Source of the DNA: Octopus vulgaris
Taxonomy: Eukaryota
DNA: 64,000 nucleotides
Direction: 5' to 3'
NCBI GenBank assembly: GCA_951406725.2
Contig: OX597816.1
Coordinates: forward strand, 120,590,001-120,654,000
Shown: positions 13,791 through 26,192 of the stretch, in pieces
How positions within the stretch are numbered: position 1 is the stretch's first letter
Layout: every line of letters starts with the position of its first letter
Position numbers and translations under genes: made by a program
The notes under the pieces: model-generated
Told to the model about the DNA's origin: nothing
Seen by the model: the letters and a program-made list of their open reading frames with translations, nothing else
Databases searched by the model: none

Positions 13791-14809
13791 CATTGATGGT
13801 TGTGTATTTGTATAATTGACAGTCCCATGTTCTGTTGACATTAATCTTCTGCCATCAATACATTATTCTTTACTCATGAATTCTAAATGTGTATTTTTGT
13901 ATTGTTTGGGATGCTAGAAATTTCATTCAATACTTAAAAGAATGTACTGAAATTTGATCTCATAAATCTCGTGGGTATTTTGTAAAAAGTGACGTGCAAA
14001 GACCTCGGTATTCTAGTCAAACGGAAAGATACTTTGTATAGAATTAAGCTGTTTTAAAACTGCAAAACTATACAGTATATCTAGAATGAAAAGATACACT
14101 GTGAGAGAGGTGGTAATTTAATTATATAAACAGCAGTACCAATTCTTCGAAATTAATTAGTAGCTACTCAGGAAGTAAAAGAAAATTGTATGTATGTATG
14201 CATGTATGTATGTATGCATGTATGTATGCAAAAACTTTAGGTTTGTTCAAAGATATTTGTAATATATTTTAACTACTGAAGGCAATTTCACAGCAGTTTA
14301 ATGTGGAGAAAACACATTCTCATTTATGGTAGCAGGTGTATATACACCATTATCAGCTCAGTGGCGCTTTCTGTTAGACACCTAGGTGCATTTCTGGAGC
14401 GTTAATGGGATCTCTAAGAGAAGTAACCTTGATTTGAAATAAAGCTTTATAATGAATCAGTCAATACTAGTGACTGTTGTACGCTGGTAGAACCATCACT
14501 GTTTCGCATTAGAACTTATCTCCTTGTTCAAACCGGGCGGTCTGAATATTTTACTCTGTGGCAAACAGCAGTGAAATTGCCTTTAAAAGTTGAAATATAT
14601 TACAAATATATTTGAACTTGCCTAAAGCTTGTTTATTTTCCATCACTGCTTCGTACTACTACGTATGCACGTATGCATGTATGTATGTATGTATGTATGT
14701 ATGTATGTATGTATGTATGTATGTATGTATGTATGTATGTATGTATGTATGTATGTATGTATGTATGTATGTATGTATGTGTGTATGTATATATGTATGT
14801 ATGTGTTCT

Positions 14810-14849
<40 letters not shown>

Positions 14850-14897
14850 GGAATAAATCCAAATTTACAGGGAAAAAATCAGTGGTTTTGTCTCTAA

Positions 14898-14940
<43 letters not shown>

Positions 14941-14944
<4 letters not shown>

Positions 14945-15657
14945 CAACAGGATATCAAGAAGTGATGCAGTTCGACCGTTTCAAGCAGCTCCATGTAATT
15001 GAATACACATTTTACCTATTTTCGTTATGATATCATTTTCGATAATCTTAAATTTTATCTTTATACAACATAACAATATTGTTTATAAAAAATCACCAAT
15101 AGTACCCCCATGATAAAATGTCCTCTGTATTAACATCAGAGGTGCTGCCCCTTTAACTGGTAATTAACATCATGATTTAGGGTCTTCTTCTACCCAGCCT
15201 GCTTTATAGACAGTTACTTTATACCCTATTTACTACTCCTAATATCTTGACAATATTTATGACCATATCTAGCCATGAGCTGTCAACTCACTCTTGCCCT
15301 TCATTCCTAATAGACACAGTCCTCTAGTCTTAGATTTAGTAGTTGATAAAAAGACAAATAAATTAGAAATGAACCACAATCCTTTACAAGCTATGACTCC
15401 AATAAGCTTAATGTTTTTCTTGGAAGTATAGTATATGCTTAGCTGCAATGGTGACAACATGGATTTCTTCTATCTTTTTGCTCGGTTAAAGTATTTGAGT
15501 AAAATATATATTAATGTGTCCGACTGATTAAAATTCTATTTATTTGTGTAGCTGATGATAGCCCTGCATTTGAATTGATGTAATGATTACATTGTTCAAT
15601 TAAATGGAGCCGCTTGAAACGGTCGTACTGCATCACTTCTTGATATCCTGTTGCTTA
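14941..15657. repeat. Inverted repeat pair (~63 bp arms) of pLTR-like sequence
   Basis: 14941-15003 is the reverse complement of 15595-15657 with few mismatches. Confidence 0.85.
15547..15632 (+). ncRNA. Type I hammerhead ribozyme, canonical core, extended stem II
   Basis: tgtag-CTGATGA-[tagc..catttgaattga..tcaattaaatg..gctt]-GAAAC-ggtc-GTA-ctgca; stem I tgtag/ctgca; predicted cleavage after 15627. Confidence 0.7.
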
Positions 15658-15892
15658 TTTTGATTTTATTCACCTTCCTTAGAGCTGTAAGGATAATACC
15701 GGACTGACTTGGTGCTTCAACTTATGTATCTAATTCAAATGAATCTCAATTATATATACATATACATACATATATACATACATACATACATTTTTCTTTT
15801 ACTTCTTGAGTAGCTACTAATTAATTAAATAGAGGAATTTATCTGTAAATATAGTATGTGACAATTATTCGGTCACACATTATATTTACAGA

Positions 15893-15940
<48 letters not shown>

Positions 15941-15943
<3 letters not shown>

Positions 15944-16200
15944 GGAGAATTCACAAAAAAAAACAAAAGATGAAGACAGGTGGTGTAGACAACAAACATG
16001 TGTATTAGTTTAACGCTCGGGAAGTGAAAAAGTCTTTAAAGTTTCGAGCCTACGCTCTTCTACATAAAAGGAACACAGAGAGAAACAAGGAGATAAAATA
16101 AAGAATGTGTAGTGGCTAGCGGTCTATCATGGAGAATACCAGACAGAGGGTTACACAGGAGAGCTAGGAAGAAGGGGAGACCCCAAAACGAAGGTGCGCG
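15941..16200 (-). mobile_element. PLE pLTR-like repeat with variant minimal hammerhead (copy 1)
   Basis: Similar to 60895-61060; minus strand gagc-gtag-gctc-GAAA..TA. Confidence 0.55.
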
Positions 16201-16402
16201 TGCATGTGTATAAGAGAGTATTTATGTGCGTGTGGAAGAGAACTGGTGACCTTGACGTGTGCGTGTGTGCATGTGCATGGTGGTGTGATATGATGTGGTG
16301 TTGTGTGGTGTGATGGTGTATGTTGTAGCGGTGTGTGGTGTAATGGTGTTGGGAGGTGGGGGAGGTCAGAGTGGGGAAAGCAAGGGTGGGATGTGGGTTA
16401 GG

Positions 16403-16407
16403 CTATA

Positions 16408-16455
<48 letters not shown>

Positions 16456-16679
16456 ATTATATATATATATACATGTATATATGTGTATACATCTCCACAT
16501 CTATATGTATATATATATATATATCTATATACATGTATACATATATATATATGTACATATATATTTGTGTATATATATATATATATATATATACATATAT
16601 ATGTATATATATGTATATATACATGCATGTTTATATGTATCTATAAATATATAAGTATATATACATATGTATATATATA

Positions 16680-16730
<51 letters not shown>

Positions 16731-16995
16731 GTATACATGTATACTTATATGTACATGTATATATATATATACATACATATTTATATATACATGTATACAT
16801 GTACAAGTATATATATATTTATATATACATGTATATATATGTTTATATATGTATATATATATATATGTATGTATATGTATATATTTATATAAATGTATAT
16901 ATATATCTATATATGTTTGTATATATATGTATGCATGTATATGTATATATATGTGTGTGTGTGTGTTTGTATGTGTGTGTGTTTGTATGTGTGTG
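16403..16995. repeat. Compound (TA)n/(TG)n low-complexity tract
   Basis: ~600 bp of interrupted TA/TG repeats; source of several spurious ORFs. Confidence 0.95.
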
Positions 16996-17180
16996 TGTTT
17001 GTTCTCCCACCATCGCTTCACAACCAATGTTGCTGTATTTACATCCCGTAACATAGCGATTTGCCAAAACACGTCGATAGAATAAGTACAAGGCTTGCAA
17101 AGAATAAATCCTGGAGTCTTCGATTAAAGGTGGTACTCCGGCATGGCCGCAGTCACATGACCGAAACAATTAAAACTATA
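16995..17180 (+). mobile_element. SINE family A, 3' part
   Basis: cccgtaac..cgatagaataagtac..ggtggtactccggcatggccgcagtcacatgaccgaaac. Confidence 0.75.
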
Positions 17181-17194
17181 AAAACTATTCCATT

Positions 17195-17228
17195 TTAATC
17201 CCGAGTAAGGCCGGGATTCTCTGCTATT
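17195..17228 (+). mobile_element. Possible Helitron 3' terminus remnant
   Basis: cccgagtaaggccggg hairpin followed ~10 nt later by CTAT (degenerate CTRR). Confidence 0.3.
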
Positions 17229-17515
17229 AATTTGTCAAGAAAGTTCTTGCGGTTTTTAACCTTTAAATTCAGAGGCACATGTCTCGGCTCAAACAAAACT
17301 TTATTAATCGAAACAAACACCATCAACACACTTTTGCCAACATGAAACAAGTTTATTTATGCCAGTAGCATAAAAGTCCTGCGTTAAGGTGGCGATGAAG
17401 TCGTTGAAGGCGTGTTTGACATCGTCTTGGTTTTTGAAGTATTTCTCACGCAGAAAGTTATCGAGATGCTTGAAAACGTGGTAGTCGGTAGGCGAGAGGT
17501 CTGGTGAGTATAGCG
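17229..17515 (-). mobile_element. Mariner (DD34D) transposon 3' fragment
   Basis: YSPDLSPTDYHVF..L.NFL...GINKLVSCWQKCV is the mariner C-terminal signature. Confidence 0.85.
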
Positions 17516-19498
17516 AATGAGGCAGAGTTTGATTTGACAAAGTTAATTGCATGTATGGCAGTGTTGAGTGCTTCTTCCATGTGTCCTTCAATATTCTTAG
17601 CAATTAAATGCTGTCTGTGGATAATGCAATGTATATCAAAAATATGAGGAGCAGCTGATTTCATTCTAAAAACAAAGCCTTTCACTTTTCCAGTCATGGC
17701 TGTAGCTCCATCTGATGCAATGTTGATCAAATTAGTCAATGGAATATTTTTATCATTAAAATATTGCATTGCTTCATTGAATATATCTTCTCCATTAGTA
17801 GTTTCAGACAAACTTTTAATGAATAACATTTCTTCCCTTATATCATCTTCATGGATGAATTTGACACAGACCAAAAGGATAGCTTGGTTATTAATTGTAC
17901 TATCATCAGCCTGGATAGACAAATTTGTGTTTTGGAGAATTTCCACAATCTTCTCCTCAACAAAATTAGACATGTCATCCTGTCTTCTTGTAATTGTGTT
18001 ATTTGAAAGTGGAATTGTACTCAGAGTAGATGCAGCAACTTTTCCCAGAACCTCATTTTGCACAAGCCATCAAAGCAGGCTTGATGTGTTTCTCACCATA
18101 AATCTGAAGTGCTGCAACTTTGGCAATAATTTCAGAAACCAAATAATTTGGTTTGAGTGTTTGATTTTCATTATTTATCTTTTTTACAATTCTGAAAAGT
18201 GAGTGAAATGAGTTGAAGAAACACAAAAAGATATTGAATATTTCGTAAGAGTGTGCATTAGTACCGATGCGTCCATCAATGTAACGACCATATATCTCCG
18301 GGTGGGGGATCAGGGGAACTATGAAAAGACTGACATAGCAATGGCCTGTTCGAATGCTCATAGCCACCCCAGAGATATGCTACAGTAAGTAGTGTCCAGA
18401 GAAGTTGTTAAGAGTAAAGAAAAGTTCGGCTGAATAAAGGAGGATGGCGGTACTAGGCTGGCGGTTGGCAGCGCTAGGCTAAAGGATAATTCGATGGTTC
18501 TGAAAATATTGGATAAAAAGTGAGCTGTCTTTGTGTGAGAAGACGATGTTTTAGGATTTGACTAAGAGTTGAAAGAAAGCAGGAGAGTAAAAACTGGTTC
18601 AGTTGGTTCAACGTTCGAAAGCAAGTGTTGTCAATTTGGTCGAGAACGCTGAACTGGCCTGAGGTAGATGCAGATCTAAATCAGATAGCTGTGTGTGTGT
18701 CTGTGTGTGTGCGCGCGCGTGTCTGTCTGTGTGTGTGTTTGTGTGTATAGTTAAGTAGATACATAAAACCATGCGAATAACAAACACAAAAATCAAGATG
18801 TTTATTCGTGACTACAACCCTAAAACAATTTATTAAAGTTTGATATATACCATCAAGTAATTCTCACTTGTGAGTTATGACAATATGGTTCTTTGGTTCC
18901 CCTCATATTATAAATCCTTCTTGATTCTCAAAATATTCCCTATCTTTATCAACAGATGATAGATGCCTCAATTTTTGGTGCTGTTCCAGCTTAACTTTCT
19001 TTATGGAATGATTTATCATGATGGCATCACATTCAAGACACATAGGTTTTGAGTCTATAGATACAAAACCAAACATGATAAAATCTTCTTTGTAGTTCCT
19101 CAGTTTTCCATTTTTTAGCAGTTGGTTCAGATATTATTACAACTGGTCTTTAAAAAAATAAAAATAATAAATACTTTATTTCTATTAATTAAAAGTATCA
19201 AATTTATTATTAAACAAGATTGTGTAGTGATCTATTAAAATATCAAATTTATTATGAAACTGTTGTGATTGTAAAATTTAAATTATGTAATTCTTGATTG
19301 TATATTATTGATTCTTATGGAATAATTATTGAATTTTGTTTTATTATTATTGTTCTATCTTCATATAAACTATTAATAACTAACAGTGTCTTTATTATCG
19401 AACAATATTGTGTAGATCTAAAATGGCTTCAATTTTTTATGGCTACGAATTCTCTGGGGATCACCGGTGGGCCCCAGGGACTACGTTGGAAATAACTG
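17516..19498 (-). mobile_element. hAT (Charlie/Buster, ZBED5/8-like) transposase remnant, interrupted at ~18190-18920
   Basis: BED finger RNYKEDFIMFGF..PMCLEC..KLEQH..H..DKDREYF (18915-19110); IPLSNNTITRR, SIQADDST, ASDGATAMTG, HCIIHRQHL (17516-18190); hAT-like terminus ..ttggaaataactg at 19498. Confidence 0.85.
18189..18920 (-). mobile_element. Penelope RT-core fragment, duplicate copy inside hAT
   Basis: TLNNFS..SGVAM..YGRYIDG..FFNSFH is a decayed PLE RT (GVAMG/RYIDD); near-identical to 21025-21720. Confidence 0.8.
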
Positions 19499-19622
19499 TA
19501 CTAAGCGACTCCTGAAATTACAGACCTTGCATCAGAATTTCAAAATCATTATTATTTCTTTTTTCGCATGCCAGTTTATACATACATAAATACATACATA
19601 CATACACACACACATACATATA

Positions 19623-19691
<69 letters not shown>

Positions 19692-19926
19692 GTAAATGTG
19701 TTTGTGTGTATGAGCATATATGTATACATTGTTGTACTTTCCCGACAACATTAAGAGCATTTTAGCTCTTATTTCTAACAGTGTCTTGATACTCTTAGTC
19801 ATGGACGTATCTTTCTTTTATGATATCACATTGCACCTAGCTGTTTATATTAATCTATACACACACACATATATATTTTATATGCATATATGTATTATGT
19901 ATGTATTATGCATGTATGTATGTATG

Positions 19927-19992
<66 letters not shown>

Positions 19993-20607
19993 GTAGCTAG
20001 ATATTCGTGCAGATGTATAATTCAAAATATTCCCCTTTTTTTCAAAAGTAGGAAGACAGTTATCATGTACGAAAAGCAAAAGAAAAATATTTCATAAGGA
20101 TTCTGAATCCGAAATTATACTTGGAATAGTGAATACTGCTACTGAAAAAATTAGTTCTAAGCAGATTAGCATATAACACGTGTATTCGAAAAGTTAAAGA
20201 TCTTTTAACTTAAAAACTTCCTTCTGTGTTAATTTGCATTTTGTAATATTTTTTTATATAATTCATAGTTATTAATTCATGAAATTTAAAAAAGAATATG
20301 TGTGCGTGTTCTTATGTTTGTGTTTTTGTACATGTGTGTGTATGTATGTTTGTGTGTGTGTGCGCGCGCCCGCGCGCGCGCGCGTGTGTGTGTGTGTGTG
20401 TCTACATGTACAAGTGAAGATATACACATATATCAAGATGTTCCTTATATCGAACTGCTCTTTTAACAGATTTGGTTTTATCCTGGTCAATCAATTTACA
20501 CGTCTTACTATTAAGGTCTTTACATTTTGTGGCCTACATTATTTCTTCTATGTGAAAAGGCTTTGAAGATTTGTCGATTGTCTTTGCCCATTAATAATTC
20601 TTGACTC

Positions 20608-20815
20608 TAAGACGGCAAGCTAACAGAATCGTTATCGCACTGAATAAAATGCTTAGCTGCATTTCTTCAGACTTTACGTTCTAAGTTCAAATGCAGAGTC
20701 GACTTTGCCTTTCATTCTTCGGGATTGATAAAATAATTACCAGTTGAGCACTGGTATCAATGTAATCGACTTCCTCCATGCCCGAGGTTGCTGGCGTTCT
20801 GCCAAAATATTTGCA
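20608..20815 (+). mobile_element. SINE family C
   Basis: ggcaagctaacagaatcgtta..gttcaaat..gtcgactttgcctttcattcttcgggattgataaaat. Confidence 0.75.
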
Positions 20816-20989
20816 GTCAATAATTTGTGACCCCTTATTTTTCTTAGATTTGATGATTTTCATAGAACTGAAATGCATTAACCGAATATAAGATGTAGTC
20901 TCTAGGATTGTGGGTGGCAATAAATTGAAAACTTCTGTTTGTGTCTCCTCCCACCATTTTGAAATGACTTACGGAGTAGCTCTGTCGAG

Positions 20990-21720
20990 AACGTTCACTA
21001 GGGTTTTAGAAGTAAAGGAGGTGAATTCTGAAAAGTGAGTGAAATGAGTTGAAGAATCACAAAAAGATATTGAATATTTCGTAAGAGTGTGCATTAGTAC
21101 CGATGCGTCCGTCAATGCAACGACCATATATCTCCGGGTGGGGGATCAGGGGAACTATGAAAAGTCTGACATAGCAATGGCCTGTTCGAATGCTCATATC
21201 CACCCCAGAGATATGCTACAGTAAGTAGTGTCCAGAGAAGTAGTTAAGAGTGAAAAAAAGTTCGGCTGAATAAATGAGGATGGTGGTACTAGGCTGGCGG
21301 TTGGCAGCGCTAGGCTAAAGGATAATTCGATGGTTCTGAAAATATTGGATAAAAAGTGAGCTGTCATTGTGTGAGAAGACGATGTTTTAGGATTTGACTA
21401 AGAGTTGAAAGAAAGCAGGAGAGTAAAAACTGGTTCAGTTGGTTCAACTTTCGAAAGCAAGTGTTGTCATTTTGGTCGAGAGTGCTGAACTGGCCTGAGG
21501 CAGATGCAGATCTGAAATCAGATACCTGTGTGTGTGTTTGTGTTTATACTTAAGTAGATACACAAAACCATGCGAATAATAAACAGAAAAATCAAGATGT
21601 TTATTCGTGACTACAACCCCAAAACAATTGATTAAAGTTTGATATATACCATGAAGTAATACTCACTTGCGAGTTATGACAATATGGTTCTTTGATTCCC
21701 CCTCATGTTATAAATCCTTC
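20990..21720 (-). mobile_element. Penelope RT-core fragment, longer (probable donor) copy
   Basis: Same sequence as 18189-18920, continuing into EFTSFTSKTLVNVLD (FT...FLD motif). Confidence 0.8.
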
Positions 21721-22227
21721 AATTCTCAACAAAGCTTTCCTTATACAGGCAGCACACATAAATCCTTAAGGAAACTAAAAAAAATCAACTGCATAAAAAT
21801 AATTAAAAGAGAAACATGGAACGAAATTTATTATAAAGCTAAAAATATTTTAAAATAGGATAAAATGAATACACCTCGCCTGGAAGAAAGCTATATCCTC
21901 CATAGCTAGAAGGAGCTATGCCACCAACCCAGCATGGCAAGCATGGCCGGAAGAAAAATAGTAGTTGCAGCGAAAGCTGCGGAAGAGCAGATAGATCTAG
22001 CCCATAGCAGACATGATCACTGCAGGATAGAAACATAAAACGCATGTCAATTGCGGTGAGTAAGAGAGGGAAAAAAAGAAGCGAATGAAGGAAAGAGATG
22101 TATCTACAATAATATCAGTAACACATCAAATTTATAGTGTGAGGAGAGTCATCGTAGTATTAAGCTAATACTATGGTAAACATAACTCTGGTACTATTCA
22201 TCGACATTTCCACGATATACCTTAAAC

Positions 22228-22474
22228 CAGTGCTCCCCAAACGCCGGATTGCCAACCTGTACGGGGTCATTAATCATTTGGTACCAAACCGCAGAGAAAG
22301 AATAAATTTTAAAGTGTTATTTTTACTTTGTTGACCATCACAATCTGCAGGGTATTTCTGCATTATGTATGTATGTATGTTTGTATGTATGTATGTATGT
22401 ATGTATGTATGTATGTATGTATGTATGTATGTATGTATGTATGTAGACAGTTGAATTCATGTATTATGACTTAA

Positions 22475-22532
<58 letters not shown>

Positions 22533-23389
22533 CGAAATTTAAGTCACAATATTTGGATTCAAGTGATATGTTTACAACTACAATATCATTAATATTATTA
22601 AGGAAACGACCTTGTTTCCACTCTGACCTCAAGCCGCATACATTTAAACATCCTACATTAAGCGTATCCATAATGGTTGTACTTACAGTTGGCGATGGGG
22701 CAGCACGACCATCTCATTTCTTTGGTCTTTCGTCCGGGGCTTGCGAGGTATCGTTGACTAGGCCCTCAAACATTTGTTGGGGGAACATCTTTCCTCAGAT
22801 GGCCTTTGTCGTCTTTAAATCGGTTTATTAAAATATTATATAGTTCGGTCTGTCTATTTTATAGATCGCAATATTTTAGGTTACGTTCTCCCTTCAAAGT
22901 GTTTCATTATGCTTGCCGCATTGGGCACTTCTTTTAATTTCTGCAGAAGTGACTTGTTAGTCGTCACTACTGCAGCATAATTCATGCTTGGTTGGGAGGG
23001 GAACATTTTGGGCTGGGATTTTTTAGTGGTTGTGTGCTCTGTTTGTTGTCTTTTTGTTTTGTTGAAGGGCTAGTGGGGTTGGATGGGGAAGGGCTTTCTT
23101 TTTTTTTCTGGCGATTATTTCCGGTCTTTCTCCTTGGGCTTCCTCCATCTCCTCTGTTTCCTTTTCTGGCGTTTCTTCTTGAATCTCACAGGGTGCTTCT
23201 TCTGTTTTTCTCTCCTTTTGTTTTTCAACAGGTGGGGGAATCGCTGCTTTTTCGTGTGGAGATTGGCACTCGGCCCTAATGTGGCCTTTTTATATGTATA
23301 TATTATGCACTTTATTGTTTTGCTATGCGCGTGGAAAAATTGTCTTGCATGAAACCGGTTCATGGTGTTAAAAAGATTGGAAACCGCGG
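22228..23389. mobile_element. Non-autonomous hAT (Charlie-like) element with nested insertion
   Basis: Termini cagtgctccccaa / ttggaaaccgcgg; 8-bp TSD ccttaaac (22220-22227) / ccttagac (23390-23397). Confidence 0.7.
22575..23280 (-). mobile_element. L1/Tx1-type LINE fragment (ORF1 end / APE endonuclease start)
   Basis: LNVGCLNVCGLRSEWKQGRFLN is homologous to CRNVHGLRSFWKQGRLLN at 56226-56528; Lys-rich ORF1-like region upstream. Confidence 0.7.
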
Positions 23390-23436
23390 CCTTAGACTAT
23401 ACTTAAATGCGTTAAATAATACTGTGTGTACGTAAG

Positions 23437-23580
23437 GTGCAGGCGTGGCTGGTTAGTTCAGAAGTTGGTTTCGAGTTCAGTTCCACACTGCAACACTTAG
23501 GGCACGTGTCTTCTGCTACAGCCCCAGACCGATCAAAGCTTTGTGAGAGTTAGACAAAAACGATGAGAAGTCCACCGTAT
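23437..23580 (+). mobile_element. SINE family A, 5' part
   Basis: ggtgcaggcgtggctgg..gagttcagttccac..gtgtcttctgctacagcc..aaagctttgtgag. Confidence 0.65.
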
Positions 23581-24029
23581 GTATTTATTTGTATGTGTAC
23601 GTATGCCTAAACTGCATTTTCTCCATATATCAATATTTTCTTCTAATATCTCTACTCTAATGGTCATTATTGCTAAACTTCAATTTACAACTCAATTGCT
23701 CGCTCGAAATAAAAATCCAATTTCTTCAAAATATCGCTATATTTTATCTAGACTATTATGAAAATGCTTAATTAAAAATTCATTATGGTATCCTTATCTA
23801 ATCATTCGCACTATCCGATAGCTTATATTATCTACAAACAATGCAAAACAACTATTCCATTGTGTCTTATTATCTGTCTAGAAGAAAAGCTGTTATCCTA
23901 ATTATCTAGAGCGCACTTATATGTATAAGACACTGCCGCCACTTCAAAATTAAAATCATAAGTCTACTAAGTCTTTTTAGGAATGGTGAATCTCGAAGCA
24001 ATAAACTGTAAATAATAGTTTCAAATTGT

Positions 24030-24445
24030 TGCACTATCTTTTCCTTTTGGGAGGGCGTTGTCGGTTACACTGACCCCAATACTCATCTGATATTTATTTC
24101 ATCGGTTCCAAAAGGCAAAGTCGACCTCAGTAGCATTTGAACTCAGAAGAACCCGTAAGAAACACCTCTAAGAATTTTGTCCGACTCTCTACTGATTCTG
24201 CCAGTTCATCACCTTAGCCAAACTATAAGTAATAGAGTGTATATGTTGGTCTCCAAATCTTGGCACAAGGTCAGCAGTTTTGGGGAAGGGGCTAAGTCGA
24301 TTAAATCGATCCTAGTATTCAACTGATGCTTATTTTATCGACTCCGAAAGGATGAAAGGCAAAGTCAACAACGACAGCATTGGAACTCTGAACGTAAAGA
24401 CGGACGACACCGGTGCGGTAACGTTTCTGCCAGCTCACCGCCTTC
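24030..24445 (-). mobile_element. Two tandem SINE family C copies
   Basis: Two aaaggcaaagtc..gaactc..tctgccag units at ~24030-24220 and ~24255-24445. Confidence 0.7.
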
Positions 24446-24834
24446 TTAGCGCGTAAATATTGTATTTAAAAGCCCACCCGTTTGAAAAAATCGCAGACTG
24501 ATTTTTTTATTTTTCTATCCAAACGGTTTTGACTCAACATTTACACGTTATTTATAGCTTTCTTTGCTTCGAGATACACCGTCACCCAAAAGAATTATTT
24601 CTTTTTCTCGAAGTTTTTTAAAATTCTTAAGATGTCAACAACATAAATTTATCATAAGCATTTGTTATTATTAACTTATTGTTATTCCAGAATATTTTGA
24701 GTTCAAGTAGTGTTTGGCACCATTCTCCGTTTTCTCTGGACAAAGGGCTTTTAAACACGAAATACCAAACTATAAGATAACGTATAAATTGTTGTCAGTT
24801 CGTTTTCTTTACTTCTATTATTTCTGTATTCTCT

Positions 24835-25135
24835 ACTTATTTCAAGTCTGGTACCTCTTTTCTCAGTCCTATTTGCCAAACTGCTCAGTTACATCGATAG
24901 AAACAAACCAACACCGGTTGTTAAGCGGTATGGGTACAAACGCAAAGACACAAATACATACATACAAACATAAATATATATACATATACATTCGACGAGC
25001 TTCTCATTAGTTTTCGTCTATCGCTCACAAATCTATTGTCAGTCTGGGGATATAGTAGAAGACTCGTGCCGTAAGTGTCGCTTTGTGGGACTGAACTCGA
25101 AACCAACTTCTTAACCACACAGACACGCCTGTACA
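24835..25135 (-). mobile_element. SINE family A, diverged copy
   Basis: tatagtagaagac..gtgggactgaactcgaaacc..cttcttaaccacacagacacgcctg. Confidence 0.65.
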
Positions 25136-25191
25136 TTGCACGCACCCGGCGCGCGCACACAGACACATGTGTATATGTATGTGTATGTATG

Positions 25192-25222
<31 letters not shown>

Positions 25223-25694
25223 GTATGTATGCATACACATGCATATTTTTACATCATATAACATATATAAACACATACATCATAAATATCAATTCCATTT
25301 GGATTTTAAGTTTGGAGTTTGTTTGTTTTTTATAAAGCCCGTCCACAGGAATCGGCTTTCAGTTACTATCATCATACAGCAACAATGGATCGCTTTAGTG
25401 ATGTTATATCTGAAAATCTGTAAATATCCATATAAAGATTAATAGAGAGTGGTGTGTGTTTCCCGTTTTATTTCATAATACTACAATTGTTTCATCGACA
25501 TTTTACCAGAAGATTGTTGCTGTAGCAATTCAAATTATGCATAAACCTGATGAGTCGGCATTTTACAGGTAGTATGTATTATTCCGTTTAATATATAATA
25601 ATATTCCAGCAATAATCTTTTGGTAAATTGTCGATGAAACAGTTGCAGAATTATGCAACAAATCGAGTTGCTCACACATTTCTGGTTAATATTT

Positions 25695-26065
25695 AGATGC
25701 ATTCCTCTGAGGTTCACTTTGCCTTTCATCCTTTCGGGGTTATAAAATAGGTATCAGTTGAGCACTGGGGTTTATTTAATCGACTTACCCCTACATCCGC
25801 GAACTTGCTGGCCTTGCGCCAAAATTTGAAACTAATATTCAGATATATTAATGCGGCGAGCTGAAGGAACTGTTAGCACGCCGGTCAAAATGCTTAGCAG
25901 CATTTTGTTCGTCTTTATGCTCTGAGTTCAAATGCCGCCGGGGTTTACATTACCTTTCATCCTTTCGGGATCGATAAAATAAATACAAATCGAGCAATAG
26001 GGTTGAATAATCGACTTACCTTCTTCCCAAAATTTCTGGCCTTGAGCCAAAATTTGAAACCAATA
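25695..26065 (+). mobile_element. Two tandem SINE family C copies
   Basis: cctttcatcctttcgggg..ggccttg.gccaaaatttgaaac occurs twice. Confidence 0.75.
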
Positions 26066-26094
26066 TTTACATATATATACACATACTACATACC

Positions 26095-26192
<98 letters not shown>

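Noticed and set aside
16295-17085. Long YI/HT/CV-rich ORFs, here and throughout the window
   Set aside because: They are translations of (TA)n, (CA)n, (TG)n and (TATG)n microsatellites, not proteins
17458-18063. Domesticated ZBED-family gene or mariner-hAT fusion protein
   Set aside because: Truncated by a mariner fragment, interrupted and frameshifted; the ORF overlap is incidental
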